The notes below the pieces were generated by a model, which made no database searches, had not been told where the DNA came from, and worked only from the letters and a program-made list of their open reading frames with translations. Source: Selaginella moellendorffii (taxonomy: Eukaryota > Plantae > Lycopodiophyta). From it: DNA of 64,000 bases. Made by a program: the position numbers and the translations under genes. This document shows, piece by piece, positions 35,110 to 47,932 of the stretch. The first letter of the stretch is position 1. Each line of letters opens with the position of its first letter. The stretch covers positions 582,401 to 646,400 of the forward strand of contig NW_003314269.1 of assembly GCF_000143415.4 (NCBI RefSeq), read 5' to 3'.

Positions 35110-36315
35110 TCATAGTCTAGACGGAAGGATTGACGCGAGAAAGCGCAGGATAAGCTCGTTCACCTCGGCATGCTTTTGCTGCTGGATGAAATGGCCAGCG
35201 CCTGGAACGACAGTAACTCCCCAGAGATTTGGAACGAACTTGCGGAAGTTGTCGCTGTGAATAAACTCTTTGGTTCCAGGGAAGCCGTAAACCACGTCCT
35301 TGTCTCCAGTGATGAAAATCGCTGGAGTTTGGATGCGAGCTCCTGTCCATGGAGATGAAAGCCTCCACGATCTGCACGTAAACAACAGCTCTTCTTTTTT
35401 TCCACGACGCGAAAGAGATCTTCGTGACTTACAAGTCCGTGGCTCTGTAGTAATTTAGTGGTGGTGTGAATCCCGATTTCTCGAACTGGAGAGCGTAGTA
35501 CTCGATGTCTTCCTCGGTTAACCACGGTGGTAGCTTATCCGGGACTCTGAAAATGTCAAAGAGTTCCTTGTCTTTTGGAGCTACCATTCCTCTCCCGGAT
35601 GATCCCAGCAAAGTTTTGAGCACTGCCTTGGTTCCATGACGAGCAAAATCAGCCTCGGCCCTACCAGGTTCCTGGAATTCTTGTCACTGTTTTGATCGGA
35701 GAAGAAGGAAACAGATACCTGGAAGCGGCAGTAGTAGAATCCTTCTCCAATCAGCTTCTCAAAGCGCTGGACGGGACTTATGTGTGGATTTCTCGGCGAG
35801 AAAGGAACGCTGAGAGCCACGATCCCCTTGACCCTCTCCGGCCTTAGCATGCAAAAGTTCCACGCGATGATCGCGCCCCAATCGTGGCCGACGAGAACAA
35901 CCTACCAAAAAAAATTTCGCTGGAACACATCCCACAGGAAAACCAAAACCCTGCTTCTCCACGGTACCTGGTCTTGCTTGAGGAAATCCAAGAGGCCAAC
36001 GAGGTCGCCCACGACGTCAAACACAGTGTAGTGTTGGATTCCAAGCGGCGCATCGGATTGGCCATAGCCTCGCAGGTCGGGAGCGATGGCACGGTAGCCC
36101 GCGGCTGCCAAGGCGGGCATTTGGTAGCGCCACGAGTACCAAATCTCGGGGAAGCCATGGAGCAGCAGCACCGCTGGCCCTGATTTTTGTCACAGCCGCA
36201 GGATCGAATCGATAAATGTTGATCAAAGAAAATTGAAGCTACCTGATCCTAGCTGCGCGACATGGATCCCGATACCATTCGTCTCCACCACGCTGTGCTC
36301 GATGGCTTCGGCCAT
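35110..36315 (-). CDS. Soluble epoxide hydrolase (alpha/beta fold)
   Basis: LLHGFPEIWYSWRYQ, APDLRGYG, VGHDWGA, LNYYR, GDKD, GHFIQQ. Confidence 0.95.
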
Positions 36316-36600
36316 AGCTAGAGAAAATAATAAAAAACTTAGGGCTACTTGGCATTTTGTGAAAACGATTATGTTAAATCATACTTCCGTACGAATAAGG
36401 TTGCTGCATTAAAGTGGAACATGAATACTAACCAGGAAATTGCTAATATGTACATCAGAATTTTTTTTCTCATGGTTACGAAGCATCCTGAAAATGTGGT
36501 AGTATACAAATTATATTTAACTTACATATATAAATATCGAACGCCAGATCATCCATGGTATTAGTAGCATGAGATTTCACTGATTTAGCTGTTGTTCCTC

Positions 36601-39600
36601 TCAAGCCAGCTCCGCCGCTGGTCCCATTGCTGCGGGGCCTCCTCGCTCGAGCAAAGCCACCGCCAGTTCCTGCTCGTGCCACAGCCTCAGTCCCCTCGCC
36701 AGCCGCTTCAAAACGTCGAGCTTGACGTCGAGGATCCAGTTTGGAGTGGAGCTCACGAGCAGTGCTATGAATCCCGTCAAGTAGGCCTTCCACGTAGCGC
36801 GGCCGCAACCGAGAGCAATCTTTCCATCCAAGGCCGATGCCAGGAACTCCATATGAGAGCCGAGAACTCGGCGGCGTCGAGTCCTGTGCGAGGTCTTGGT
36901 GGAAGTGGACGAGATCCCCCACACGAGAGCGCCGGAGAGCAGAGCAAAGTGTGCCACTGCGTAGCCTTCTACCAGGCTTCCTTCGCCGCTGCCGCTGCTA
37001 GTGGAGGAGGAGCTTTCTTCCGGATTACCACCAGCTAGAAACCACGCCGGTAGACTCTCCGAGTAGAGTGTCTGGACAAGAGTCGAGCCGCCCGAGATGT
37101 GAAGTAAGCTTGCTCCCAAAGTCGATGCCTGGAACACCCGAGACATGGCGCTCGCGCACGAGATTTTTGACGTCGTTCCTTTGGCTGCTGTGAGGTCCCG
37201 CGCGGCTTTCACCACCAGGAACAGAATCTCGTCCGTGACGAACATGATCTCGTGAAGGGCCGGATAGATTCCCAGGTAGAGGATTCCTGGTGCCAGTGGA
37301 TACTGGCCGCCTTGCATACCACCGTGTCCAAGGAGAGCTCCAACGCCACCGTGAACTTGGAGCTTGGACATCAGGGTTCCCGTGGTTCCGGTTGTCACCG
37401 CGAAGCAGCTCCGGAGCAGCTCCTTCACTGCGTTCTTGTCCTGCTTGAACACGGTGCGAGAGGCACCGAAGACGATGAAGCTGTGCCACCGTTTCACCTT
37501 TTGAGCCCAGAGTGCTGCTACCACTGGCATGCTGGGCCACGGGCTGCCTCCTGCTGTGCTCTCGAGAGCTGGCCCAGCGACGCCGAGAACTAGTTCCGAG
37601 GACTTATCCTGCCTGAAAGTTATTGTCAGGCTTAGAAATGCTGCGAGCGGTAACGGAAGTGACACTGGAGCATTGCCACCCAGCGAGCCTTGCAAAAAAA
37701 AAAAGAGAAGAGGTTGTTAGATACATCAATGAAACTGTTAGAAGCTTTCTTACCCGTAACAAGATTAGGCACTTGCACTCCAGTAGCTGCAAGGATCTCT
37801 TTTATCTCAGCTTCGACGGAGAGAAGGTTGGCAGCTGGACTAGGCCAATCATTTCCATTCATAGAAGCATATTTCCATAAACCGCGAGTCACCTCTGCTG
37901 TGAAGTAGCTGACAATGGTGGCTATGGAAGCTGGAAGAAAATCTACGAGGTCCCGAAGTCCTGCATGATTGGAAATACGAAAAATTAAAACCATAGCAAG
38001 TTTAACGAAACGAACCTGTAGTTAGATCTTTGGATGACAGTCGCCCATGGCCGCAGGCTGTAAGTACCGCGTCTAGCACGAAAGGCACAGAAGTCATGAT
38101 CTCCCACGCTGGAAGCATGGGTCGAGCTGACGTCTCATCAGGAGCAGCCCCTTTGATTCTCTTAAACATCATATTCAGGAGCCTGTCAGCGTTTTGATGC
38201 ACTGGATTGCCCGATCCAGAGAGCCCGGAAAGAGTAGACGCAACGCATGCTTGGTTCTGTGTGTACCACGCCTTGAGCTTCGGAAAGGAATCTAGCTTCA
38301 CATGATGCACAGGCTGGGTGCCTTGCGAAGATAACCCCAAGTTCCGAAGTTGAAGAATATAGTCCAAGCTTAAATCTCCTCCAAGAGGGGACTCAAAACC
38401 AAGTAGCCGATGCTCAAGTGGAGGCCGATGAAACTTCCACAGCCGGAGGAGGAGGAGAAACGCCACCGAAAATACCATATGTGGAGATACCTCTTCCCCC
38501 GTGCTTTGAGGTGCCGGTGTCGCGGAACCAAATACCTCACATATTGGCAGCAAGGCAGCCGCTAGTTCTGGAAACTGCAAGCATTTAAAAAAAATAAGTT
38601 ACGACAAGACCAGCTGATATTTATCAAGCATTACCATCCCATACAGCGAAAGTACGTGAACTGCATCCACTTCTGTCAGGGCCCCCAAAGCAGCTAAAAG
38701 CATGGAGGAATAATTCATCAAGGGATGACCAGATCTACTTTCAGCTGGAACTGGAGGAGACACTAAACGAACAGCTAATCGGACCGCATGTTCCTACAAA
38801 AGACACGGTAAATGAAAAAACAGCATAGACATAGAGAAAAGACAATTACCTGGATGCTCCAGCTTCTCACAAGCGAGGCCCCGCAGAGAATACTTGCCGC
38901 AGCAACTCTCTCATTTTCCGCACCGTTTATAGCTATCTGATATACCTTCTCAAGTTCTGCTACACTTTGATGTAGTGCTCCAAGTTAAGACCAGCATACA
39001 GATTCCAATATCATACCTGGATGCAGGAGTATTTATCAGCGCACCCTTCAACGGCCCAGCCAAGGACGACCCCTCCATAAAAGCAGCCCATGGCGATGAC
39101 TGGGATGATCCCGAAAGCGGTATAGCTACAGCATAACCAGGCCAGAGATAAGCGGAGGCATCTAGAAGACCTCTGGATATACAAATCTCGACAATAAGGT
39201 GTCTCATGTTTCCCACTGCAAGCTTATGTCGATGAGATACTCAAGAAAGACAAACAAATAAATAAAACAGTTACCTGCTTTGGTGCTTCCATCGGCAGGG
39301 ACATAACCGTCGCGAGTTGTCTTAATCCCCGCAACGAATGCCGATGCTTTCATGGCAGCCTGATTAGCCGCAGGAACGGCAATCGGTGGCGGGCAGAGTA
39401 GACCTTCAAACTGGCCAAGAACTTGTAAGCTTGAAACAAACCCTGCTCGGCGACCTCTTTCATTATCGTCAACCCGCGAGACATTGTACTGTTGAGAGTT
39501 TTCTTCCTCCTCTATAACAGCTGCTGAAGCTAACGGGACAATAGATAATAACATGCAAAGCCGAGAGTCTACGTGCGGTCTTGGCCCTTCAACATGTTCG

Positions 39601-41051
39601 CGTTCCTGTAAGTTGCGGCTTGTTATGATCGAGGCACGCGAGCAGTAAGACGGAAAATCTTACCCGGTTTACGTGCCGAAGACCCGCAATCCAGAGCCCC
39701 AAGAATACATCATGCCATGAAGCACCTTGAACTGCCCGAAGTGACTTGATTAAATCTGACATCACAAGACAACTTATGGTTTGCCAAGAACGAAAATGTC
39801 AAAAAGAAGAATACCTGCAAGAGCTTCTGCAGTGGAAGACGCGGGAACTCTCCTTCCTTCCAAAGCGTCCTCCATGAAAATATCGAAAGGAAGCCACGGC
39901 GCTGTACGGCCAGTTCCCCAATAGTTTCCAAACACCGACATGGAAGTGTTCGTGTCCAGCAAGACCTTGTACACAACTCGACGGTTGCTTTGTTCTTGGA
40001 CCAAGCCTTGCTGAATGGCAGCAGCTAAGCGTGCAAAGAGCTCTCCGGTTTCTCTTGGAGCTCCTAACGTCGTATCGCGTATAATCACTTCGAGAAACTT
40101 TAGCTTCTGGACAAACAAACCCCACTGCTCCGATCTGCAACAAGAAATTAAAATCGTGGAGCAAATGCAAACGTGAAGCACTTACAAGTTTCTCCGAGCA
40201 AGCCTCAGCAGTACGGAGGTTTTCTTGTGATGGAGAAAATTGGTGACAAGCTCAAGGGCCCTCAAGCTGTTACCTCTCGCCTGCTCTGACTCTTCCTGTC
40301 GTCTCCTTCCAAAATCATCGTCAAAGTCATTCACTGTTAAATAACTTCCAGTTGGTTTACTTGGAGAGCTCAACGCCATAGACCAATCCTCGGCTGTTGC
40401 ATCGACAAGACGGCAGCACAGCGCTAGTATAAACTGTACAGCCACGGTGCCAAGTTCTTTCGGAGCGTCGCCATTAAAAGGAAGCTCCAATATTTCTAGG
40501 ATGCTCTTCAGTGATCTACAGGCAAGGAAAAAAAAAAGAAGAAGAAAAGCTCAACACTTCTCGTCAAAACATGATAAAAACAAAGAGAAAACTTGCCTCT
40601 CAGTACTGGAGACCGTAGTTCTCAGAGAAAGAGTAAAAGCATAAGTGTCGAGGAGATTGAGGAACATCATATAAGTCTCTGGCTGTTGTTGGCGCACTGG
40701 AATTACCCTGCATTCGAAAGAAAAATCTAGTGTCAGCCAGATCACTGGAGCAATGAGAACTCGCTAGTAGCGAAACTACAAACAATCTATTTCTTAGCTC
40801 GATCACACTTACTTGGCGGCGAGAAGCGATAGCATATGCATCGGGAACACGAGCCCGGAAGCAATGCTTTGATCCACAAAGGGCATGAGCTGCGGCGATG
40901 GAACGTCGGCGACCATGGCCTTCGCCAAATCCAAGGACGGCATCGACACCCCGGCGCCGTGCATTACCGAGCAGGCACTCACCGCCCAGGGCAATGGCGA
41001 CTCCAGCCTCTCGGCGGCAGTCCGCGCGAGCTCTGCGGCCCTCTCCGCCAT
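36601..41051 (-). CDS. MED33: Mediator subunit MED5/MED33 (REF4/RFR1-like)
   Basis: WLPFDIFMED, GNMRHLIVEICISR, AAALLPICEVFGS, LWKFHRPP, DSFPKLKAWY, DFLPASIATIVSYFTAEVTRG, WHEQELAVALLERGG. Confidence 0.93.
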
Positions 41052-41102
41052 CGCTCCGCCCAGCTAGAAACCTAAACGCATATTCCCCAGCCACAGCTCC
41101 TC

Positions 41103-41573
41103 TCATTTCTTGGACGATGCTTCCCCGGGCAATGGCGATGGCTGCGCGATGAAGCTAGGGCTTTCCTCGCCGGCCATGATCACGCACACCCGCGGCGGAG
41201 GATGATGCTGCGGCTGCTCGATCTGCGGTGGCGCCGGAGCGAGAATCCCGTGCTGCGACTCGAAGATCGCGGCGCCAAGGGCCAGATTATTGAGCGGCTG
41301 GATCATCACGCGCCGCTGCTGCTCCTCCATCTGGCGTAGATCCTCGCCATGGCCGCCGCCGCCGCCGCGCATCGTGAGCATCATCTGTTGGAGCTGCCGC
41401 CGTCGATTTTGGTGGTAGAGGCAGCAGCAGCGGATCGTCATGTAGGCCAGGACGACGATGAAGAGCGTGGCGACGCTGGTCACCAGGTACGCCAAGAGGG
41501 GATGCTCCGCGGCGCCACACCGGGTCGCCGTGATCCACCAGGACGAGAAGCAATTCCGATCGGGCGGGGGCAT
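41103..41573 (-). CDS. GLUTAMINE DUMPER-like single-TM protein
   Basis: One TM followed by a Cys cluster and the C-terminal VIMAGEESPSFIAQP (VIMAG motif); intronless. Confidence 0.7.
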   Translation of the reverse strand: MPPPDRNCFSSWWITATRCGAAEHPLLAYLVTSVATLFIVVLAYMTIRCCCLYHQNRRRQLQQMMLTMRGGGGGHGEDLRQMEEQQRRVMIQPLNNLALGAAIFESQHGILAPAPPQIEQPQHHPPPRVCVIMAGEESPSFIAQPSPLPGEASSKK

Positions 41574-41825
41574 TGCCGCTGCTAGCGATTGATTCTTGGC
41601 AGCGGCGCGCGGCGTCCAGATCTATCGATCGATAAGCTTCTTCCTCAAGCTCTCAAGAATATCGCAAGAACTCGCGCATCGCATCGATCGAGTTTCTCCC
41701 TGGCGACACACACAGCTAGGGAATATTCGTCGCTTAGGGGAGCGCCACGTAAGAGAGAGGGCTAGGGGCACTGGCGATTCATTCGCTAGCGAGAGGAGCT
41801 TGTATTTTAGGGTTCTTCGGCCGCG

Positions 41826-43925
41826 ATGGCGTGCACGGAGCCGGGGGGATCGTCCTGGCACGGGGGGTGGAGTGCCGGCAGCAGCCCAGGTAAGTGCGAC
41901 GACGGCATCGATGAATCGCCGCATTTTCTCCACAAGATTGGCGAGGATCAGGACAAGAGCCCAGCTGAGACCCTGTCCGGGAAGAGGAGGAGAAGCCGAT
42001 GGGAGCCTAACGAGGCCGCGGCTCCGGGCGAGCAGCAGGAGGGCAGAGGAGGGACGCCGGCCCCCAAGAAGAGGAAATCCCGCTGGGCTGCCGAGGAGAG
42101 CTCGTCCAAGACGCTCTTTCCCAACGTGAATTTGCCCAATTTCATGACGGGCATCGAGCTGGATCCCGAAATGCAGCTTCTCAACATCAAGCTGCTGGAG
42201 CTGAGCAAGCGCCTCCAGATCGGGCAGCTGTTCGAGGAGAGGTCCGAGGGGCCGAGGTCGCCCAGCCCGGAGCCCATCTACGACAACATGGGCATCAGGA
42301 TCAACACGCGGGAGTTTCGTGCCCGGGAGAAGCTGACCAAGGAAAGGCACGAACTGATTGCACAGATGATCAAGAGGAACCCCCAGTTCAAGCCGCCGCC
42401 GGACTACAAGCCTCCAAAGCTCCAGAAGAAGCTCTTCATCCCGGCGAAGGACTACCCTGGCTACAACTTCATCGGGCTCATCATTGGTCCCCGGGGAAAC
42501 ACGCAGAAGAGAATGGAGAAGGAGACCGGCGCCAAGATCGTCATCCGAGGCAAGGGCTCGGTCAAGGAAGGGCGGACGCAGCAGAAGCGCGACGTGAAGC
42601 CGGATCCCAGCGAGAATGAAGACTTGCACGTACTCGTGGAGGCGGACAGCCAGGAAGCTCTGGAGGCCGCGGCGGGGATGGTGGAGAAGCTGCTCCAGCC
42701 GGTGGAGGAAGGCATGAACGAGCACAAGCGCGCGCAGTTGAGGGAGCTTGCGGCGCTCAACGGGACCATCCGGGACGACGAGAGCTGCCGGAACTGCGGA
42801 CAGCTCGGGCACCGGCAGTATTGCTGCCCGGAGAAGAATACCACTTTCAAGGCCGGGGTGGTGTGCGCGAAGTGTGGCGATGGCGGCCACCCGACGAGCG
42901 ACTGCCGGCAGCAAGGCGGCGCTTCGAACAAGATGGACGGGGAGTACCAGAAGTTCTTGGTGGAAGTGAACGCGGATGGAATGGGGGGAGAGTCGTCATC
43001 GTCCTCGGTGGGCCGGCACTCCGGGGGCTCGACGCTGCTGCTCGGTGGAGGGTCAAACGGGGCGAGTGAAGGTGGTGGAACAGGTGGTAGCGGCGCCGCC
43101 ACCACCAGCAGGGCCGCCAAGGAATCCGACGACACCAACTTGTACGTGGGCTACTTGCCGCCAAACTACGACGACGAGTCCCTGCGGAGCCTCTTCTGCC
43201 CGTTCGGCCAGATCGAGGAGGTGAAAGTGATCCGGGACAGGAACACCGGCGCGAGCAAAGGCTATGGCTTCGTCAAGTTCTGCGACGCTGCGTGTGCCGT
43301 CCAGGCCGTGCACCACATGAACGGCTGGAAGGTGGAGGACAAAACTCTGGCGGTGAGAGTCGCGGGGAGGCCCCCGGTGGCGGCGGCGCCCATGGCGGCG
43401 GGGTATGGAACTGACGCAGCCGGGTTTCCAATCTATCCGCCGCTCCAACACCACCAACACCAACACCAGCAAGTTAGTCCGGGATGGGGAGCCCCGCCGC
43501 CACCTCCTCCCATTTTCACTCCATACGCCGCCGCTCCTCAGCCGGCGTTCCCCCCGCTAGCCCCGCCTGGGACCGCGGCTCCTCCGCCAGTCTTCAACGC
43601 GTTTCACCACCACCACCACCACCAGCACGCTCCGCCAGGATTTGCGTTCGCCGCCGGGGCGGCCGCCAGCGCTTTGCCACCTCCGCCGCCTCCCGGGATG
43701 GATTCTTTCGAAATGCAAGGAATCCAAGCGTCCGGGGATTACTCGGGCCAGTTTGGTGGTGGCTACTATCCACCAGTGGCGGCGCCGCCGCCGCCAGTGT
43801 TCCCTCCCTGGGCTTCCAGCGCCATGGTGTCGAGTAATGGCAATGCGAGTGGTGGCAATAGCAAGAATAACCAGGTCGAGTCGGAATATGAGAGGTTTAT
43901 CTGTGAGATGAAAATGCAGCTGTAA
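41826..43925 (+). CDS. SF1: Splicing factor 1 / branchpoint-binding protein, intronless
   Basis: [21 protein letters not shown] domain [14 protein letters not shown]2, two zinc knuckles, plant-type RRM, Pro-rich tail. Confidence 0.95.
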   Translation: MACTEPGGSSWHGGWSAGSSPGKCDDGIDESPHFLHKIGEDQDKSPAETLSGKRRRSRWEPNEAAAPGEQQEGRGGTPAPKKRKSRWAAEESSSKTLFPNVNLPNFMTGIELDPEMQLLNIKLLELSKRLQIGQLFEERSEGPRSPSPEPIYDNMGIRINTREFRAREKLTKERHELIAQMIKRNPQFKPPPDYKPPKLQKKLFIPAKDYPGYNFIGLIIGPRGNTQKRMEKETGAKIVIRGKGSVKEGRTQQKRDVKPDPSENEDLHVLVEADSQEALEAAAGMVEKLLQPVEEGMNEHKRAQLRELAALNGTIRDDESCRNCGQLGHRQYCCPEKNTTFKAGVVCAKCGDGGHPTSDCRQQGGASNKMDGEYQKFLVEVNADGMGGESSSSSVGRHSGGSTLLLGGGSNGASEGGGTGGSGAATTSRAAKESDDTNLYVGYLPPNYDDESLRSLFCPFGQIEEVKVIRDRNTGASKGYGFVKFCDAACAVQAVHHMNGWKVEDKTLAVRVAGRPPVAAAPMAAGYGTDAAGFPIYPPLQHHQHQHQQVSPGWGAPPPPPPIFTPYAAAPQPAFPPLAPPGTAAPPPVFNAFHHHHHHQHAPPGFAFAAGAAASALPPPPPPGMDSFEMQGIQASGDYSGQFGGGYYPPVAAPPPPVFPPWASSAMVSSNGNASGGNSKNNQVESEYERFICEMKMQL

Positions 43926-44091
43926 CTACTTCTTTTAATTGTTTTACTCCTTTGATCTTAGAGAAATTGAATCTCCTGAGGATCGAAGGAGAGTTACCAT
44001 TAAAGGAAAATGCGGGATTAGGGTTTGGAAGGTTAGGCTATGGCGAGGGCGCTGTGACGATGACTGCCCGGCTGCCCTGTGGAGCGCCTCG

Positions 44092-47000
44092 ATGGACGGC
44101 ATTGTAGCGATTCAGCAGCAGCAGCAGCAGCATCAGCAGCCATCGGCGGCGGTAGCGGCGGCGGCGGCGGCGCGGCGGAAGGAGTGGCGCGTCGTGTCCG
44201 AGGGCGGAGGAGGAGCGCAACAGCAGCACCAAAAGAAGCTTTTCGAGGCTGCCGCTGTCGCTGCTCCCGCCGCTGCGAGGATGAGCCATACACAGGTCCG
44301 GCAGCAGCAGCGCTACCCCGGCCCCTCCTCTTCCCGCCCGAGAAATGGGAGGGTCTACCCCCCTGACGCGGAGAATGTGAATTCCGACAAGCTCGCAGCT
44401 AAGAACGAGGAGGTAAGCCGCGACCTTCTTGTGGAAGATTTCTCCCGTTCTTAGTTTTTCCATCTTGTGCTTAGCATGGCGATCAAGCTCTGGAGGCCGC
44501 GGATGCCCACATTGACGATCTCCAGCACCGGTTGAGCGAGATCTCCAGGCAGCGGGAGCATCTCCAGCAGGTGGAGCTGGATCTCCAAGTCAGGTTCTTT
44601 GCGCGGAACGAGATTTTGAGACTGCAAGCCAGTTTCGACGAGCAAGCCAAGCAGCACAATGAGATCGTCAGTGGCCTCCAGGTGCGTGGTTTTCTTCTTT
44701 TTTCGTCTCTGCTTTCCTAAAGAGTATGTCTTTAGGAACAACTACATCAAAGAGAGGAGCAAATGCAAGAGATGCAACAACACTCGGAGGAAAGAGAACG
44801 GCAGCTTCAAATGGAAGCCAACGATGTAAGGAACCAGGTAAGCTTTCTATATAATTCTCTTTCATGCCTAGCTATACAATACTGGAATCCATATAGGTCT
44901 GGGCGAAGGAAGCACTTATCAGGGACCAAACAAGTGAATTGGCTACATTGAGGTAAACAAGGTGATTGCAGCGAACGTTGTGTGAAAATGTAGCCCATGA
45001 TTTTTTTCTTTCTTCTTTTTCTTTTTCTTTGGCTTTTTCGTTTACTCCAGGCGTGAACGTGACAATGCGTTGGCTGAGAACAAGTCTAATACTGCCCAAC
45101 TGGATGCTGAAAGGGCCGACCATCATGCTGAAGTGGAAAGTTTGAAAGAGCAGATTCGCGACAAAGAACGCCGTCTTCAGGAGCTAGAGGAACAGGTTAG
45201 CACCGATCCTTAAACGCACTCTTCCAGGATTGAATGAAGTTTGAGATTTTCAGGATATCTTGTTTCCGAATGATAAACAGCTAAGGGACGCGCAGCTTTG
45301 GATGGCTCGTTCGCAGGAGCTGGAAGCATATCACATGAACGCAATCCATGCTGAGCTTCGGGAGCGGACAGAGCAAATGACGCAGTTGTGGGTTAGCTGC
45401 CAACGTCAGGTCTGAAACTTTTTTCTTTTGCAGTTCTTGCTGAACTCACGTCACTAAACTCGACAGGTATCAGACGTTGAGCGCTACTATCAACAAGTGA
45501 TCCAAAAGCTGCAGCAGGACTTAGAAACGAATCATTTTGTAAGGAACAAAGAGATGACAATCGATGGCAGTGGAATGCGAGGCTCAAAGGCTATTGAGCA
45601 AGGGATGGCTTTTCACCATAAGTTGCCCGTAATACACATGGAGGGTGCATTTCCTATGATGATCCCACCTGATGGACTACCGCCGGTTTGTGTTTGTTAG
45701 CTAAAGCTGTGCTCATACAAAGTTTCTTTCCTATCAGGTTGAGCACGCAACAGGTCTGCCTGTCCTTACAGCTCCAGTTTTAGGAATGACATCTGTTGTA
45801 CCTCCGTCTCCTAGTATTCCTCAATATGGTGCGGTTCAGCCAGTGTCGACCATGCCGTTTCCTCAGCCTGTGCCTGTGCTGATCTCGCAACGACCACCGA
45901 TGAAGCATCAGCAGGTTTTTACAAACTTGGATTTTTGTTACGTGGTTTTAAACTCGTTTTCTTCCAGCCAGGAGCAATATACCATCCCTCCCAGATTGTC
46001 CAGCGGCAACAACGTCCGATCGAACAGAAGCATGCACAAAGCTCTTCAGAAGAGTCCAATCCACAGCTGAAGGTGAATGAGGTGGAGCAGCCAAGCATGG
46101 AGCAAGAAAGGAGTCAAATGGAGAAAATGTTCTCCGGGTTATCCTCTCAGAGGCATCCTTACATGGATCGGGAAGAAGTGACCGTCGAGATGGCACCACC
46201 AAAGCAACAGGGCATTCACTGTGCAAGCTTCAATTCTGTCATTGAACGAAGCAAAAGTTCACCACACGTGAACAGCAAGACAGAACAATCGGCAGCACAG
46301 CCCCTCGAAAACGGACACCAAGTGGCGGTAAAGGTAGCAAAAGACTTTTCTCGGGCTTTCATTTCTTTAATTTCATTTCCGTAATGGCGAACTTTTCCAG
46401 ACACGCGACTTGGAACAAAGCCATGAAGATGGTCCTCTCCGCGAAGAAGCTTCTGTTTCTGTTTCATCCGGGAGTACATCGGAGGCAAACGGCAGCATTT
46501 CCGATTTACATCTGATGGACAGAGACTCTCTGCTGGCTTGCTTGGTCAGAGTCATACCGGCCGAACCGAGCGCTAAAATCCGAATCAGCACGACTGTAAG
46601 CTTTGTCTCGTATCCGTTATCGTTTTGTCTGATCATATGTTCTATCGTGTTCCAGTTACCAAATCGTCTGGCAAAAGTGCTCGCTCCGCTGCACTGGCAT
46701 GACTATCGCAAACACTACGGACGCCTCGGCGAGTTTGTGGAGGCTCATTCTCAGGTAACCATGCAAAGTTTTGGTTGTCCTTGGTGGCCACAGTGGATTG
46801 ACGTGAAAGCCACTGCAGCTGTTTGTCGTGGAAGGGGACTACGTTTTCCTTCGAGAAGGCGCTCACGCCATCGTCTCGGCCACCACCGCGGTCGCCAAAG
46901 CCGCAGCAGCCGTGCCTTCGTCCAGAACAGTCCAAGCTCCAACAGTGGCTTTGACACCGGTAGCACAAGCTCAGTCGCAGCGTTCCAGAAGCTCTAAAGC

Positions 47001-47382
47001 TCTCAACGCGGACTCGACTTCGTCGTCGTCGTCGACGACGACGAGTTCTCCCCAAGAGAAACGGCGAGAGACCAGCCCAGCTCTCGCGTCCAAGGCCAAC
47101 GGGAACTACGCGAGTGCCAAGAGCGTAAACTCGACAGTGGACGAGAAACGCTCTGGATCGTTCAAGGAGAATGGTGGGCACAGCTCAAACGGCTATGGAA
47201 ACGGTGTTCTTGACGGCTACGTGAACTACAACGCTGCTACCACTGCGTTCTTCAAGAACAGGTCCGTCAAGGAAAAGTTCTTTCGATCGATTCTCTCGCT
47301 TTTCATCCTTTTCTTTTCCAGAGATGGAGAAATTGGTGCTCGTCCTCAAACCCAGGAAGGTCGGATTCTAGAGACGGTGTAG
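44092..47382 (+). CDS. Conserved plant coiled-coil protein with a C-terminal winged-helix-like domain; function unknown
   Basis: RKEWRVVS N-terminal motif, long coiled coil, LLACLVR...LPNRLAKVLAPLHWHDY.KHYG.L.EFV...LFVVEGD; multi-exon. Confidence 0.8.
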
Positions 47383-47784
47383 TTAACCGAAATTCTTACA
47401 CGCGTTTTTTTTTTTTTTTTCCTTTGTTATTTTGTGTGTTTTTTCTCTTTTTTGAAAGCTCGAATATTCGTGGGGAATGATTCGTTTGGAAGGAAAGGGG
47501 AATATCGTTGTTACGACTATTTTGGTTATAGTTAGTATTTATCTGGTCTGTCGCGAAAAGCGCATTTCGAGGGTTTTTGGTGCTGGCGATCTAGCTGGAA
47601 GCGCGCAATCTCGCGCAGCTGGGAGCGCGCGGGCAATCGATCGACTCAGGGAGGCCGGATTTCGCGAGCGGTAGGGTTTTGGCAGAGTAGGAGTTGTAGG
47701 GCAGAAAGAAAGAGGAAGGAGGAAGCCGCCTTAGGGTTTTTGCAAAGGAATTGGTGCGCAGGAAGGTAGAATGGTGAGGACAGC

Positions 47785-47919
47785 ATGCTGGATTTCTCCC
47801 TGGAAATTGGAGGGCCGGCATGGAAGTGGTCAGTGATCAGGATGTGGAGGCGTCGTCTGTGCAAGCGATGGTATGCCGGATACTTCCTGTGCCACAGGAA
47901 AGTTTTGGTGCATGAATGA
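47785..47919 (+). promoter_or_regulatory. Candidate 44-aa upstream ORF in the WD40 gene leader
   Basis: ATG 47785 to TGA 47919 gives MLDFSLEIGGPAWKWSVIRMWRRRLCKRWYAGYFLCHRKVLVHE*. Confidence 0.45.
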
Positions 47920-47932
47920 ATGAATGAGAGGA

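Noticed and set aside
2400-36315. Possible biosynthetic cluster (SABATH, CYP703, DUF212, epoxide hydrolase)
   Set aside because: Genes are dispersed among housekeeping genes, the SABATH is pseudogenised, and no pathway link is visible
41622-42914. 430-aa minus-strand ORF
   Set aside because: Antisense shadow of SF1 caused by codon bias
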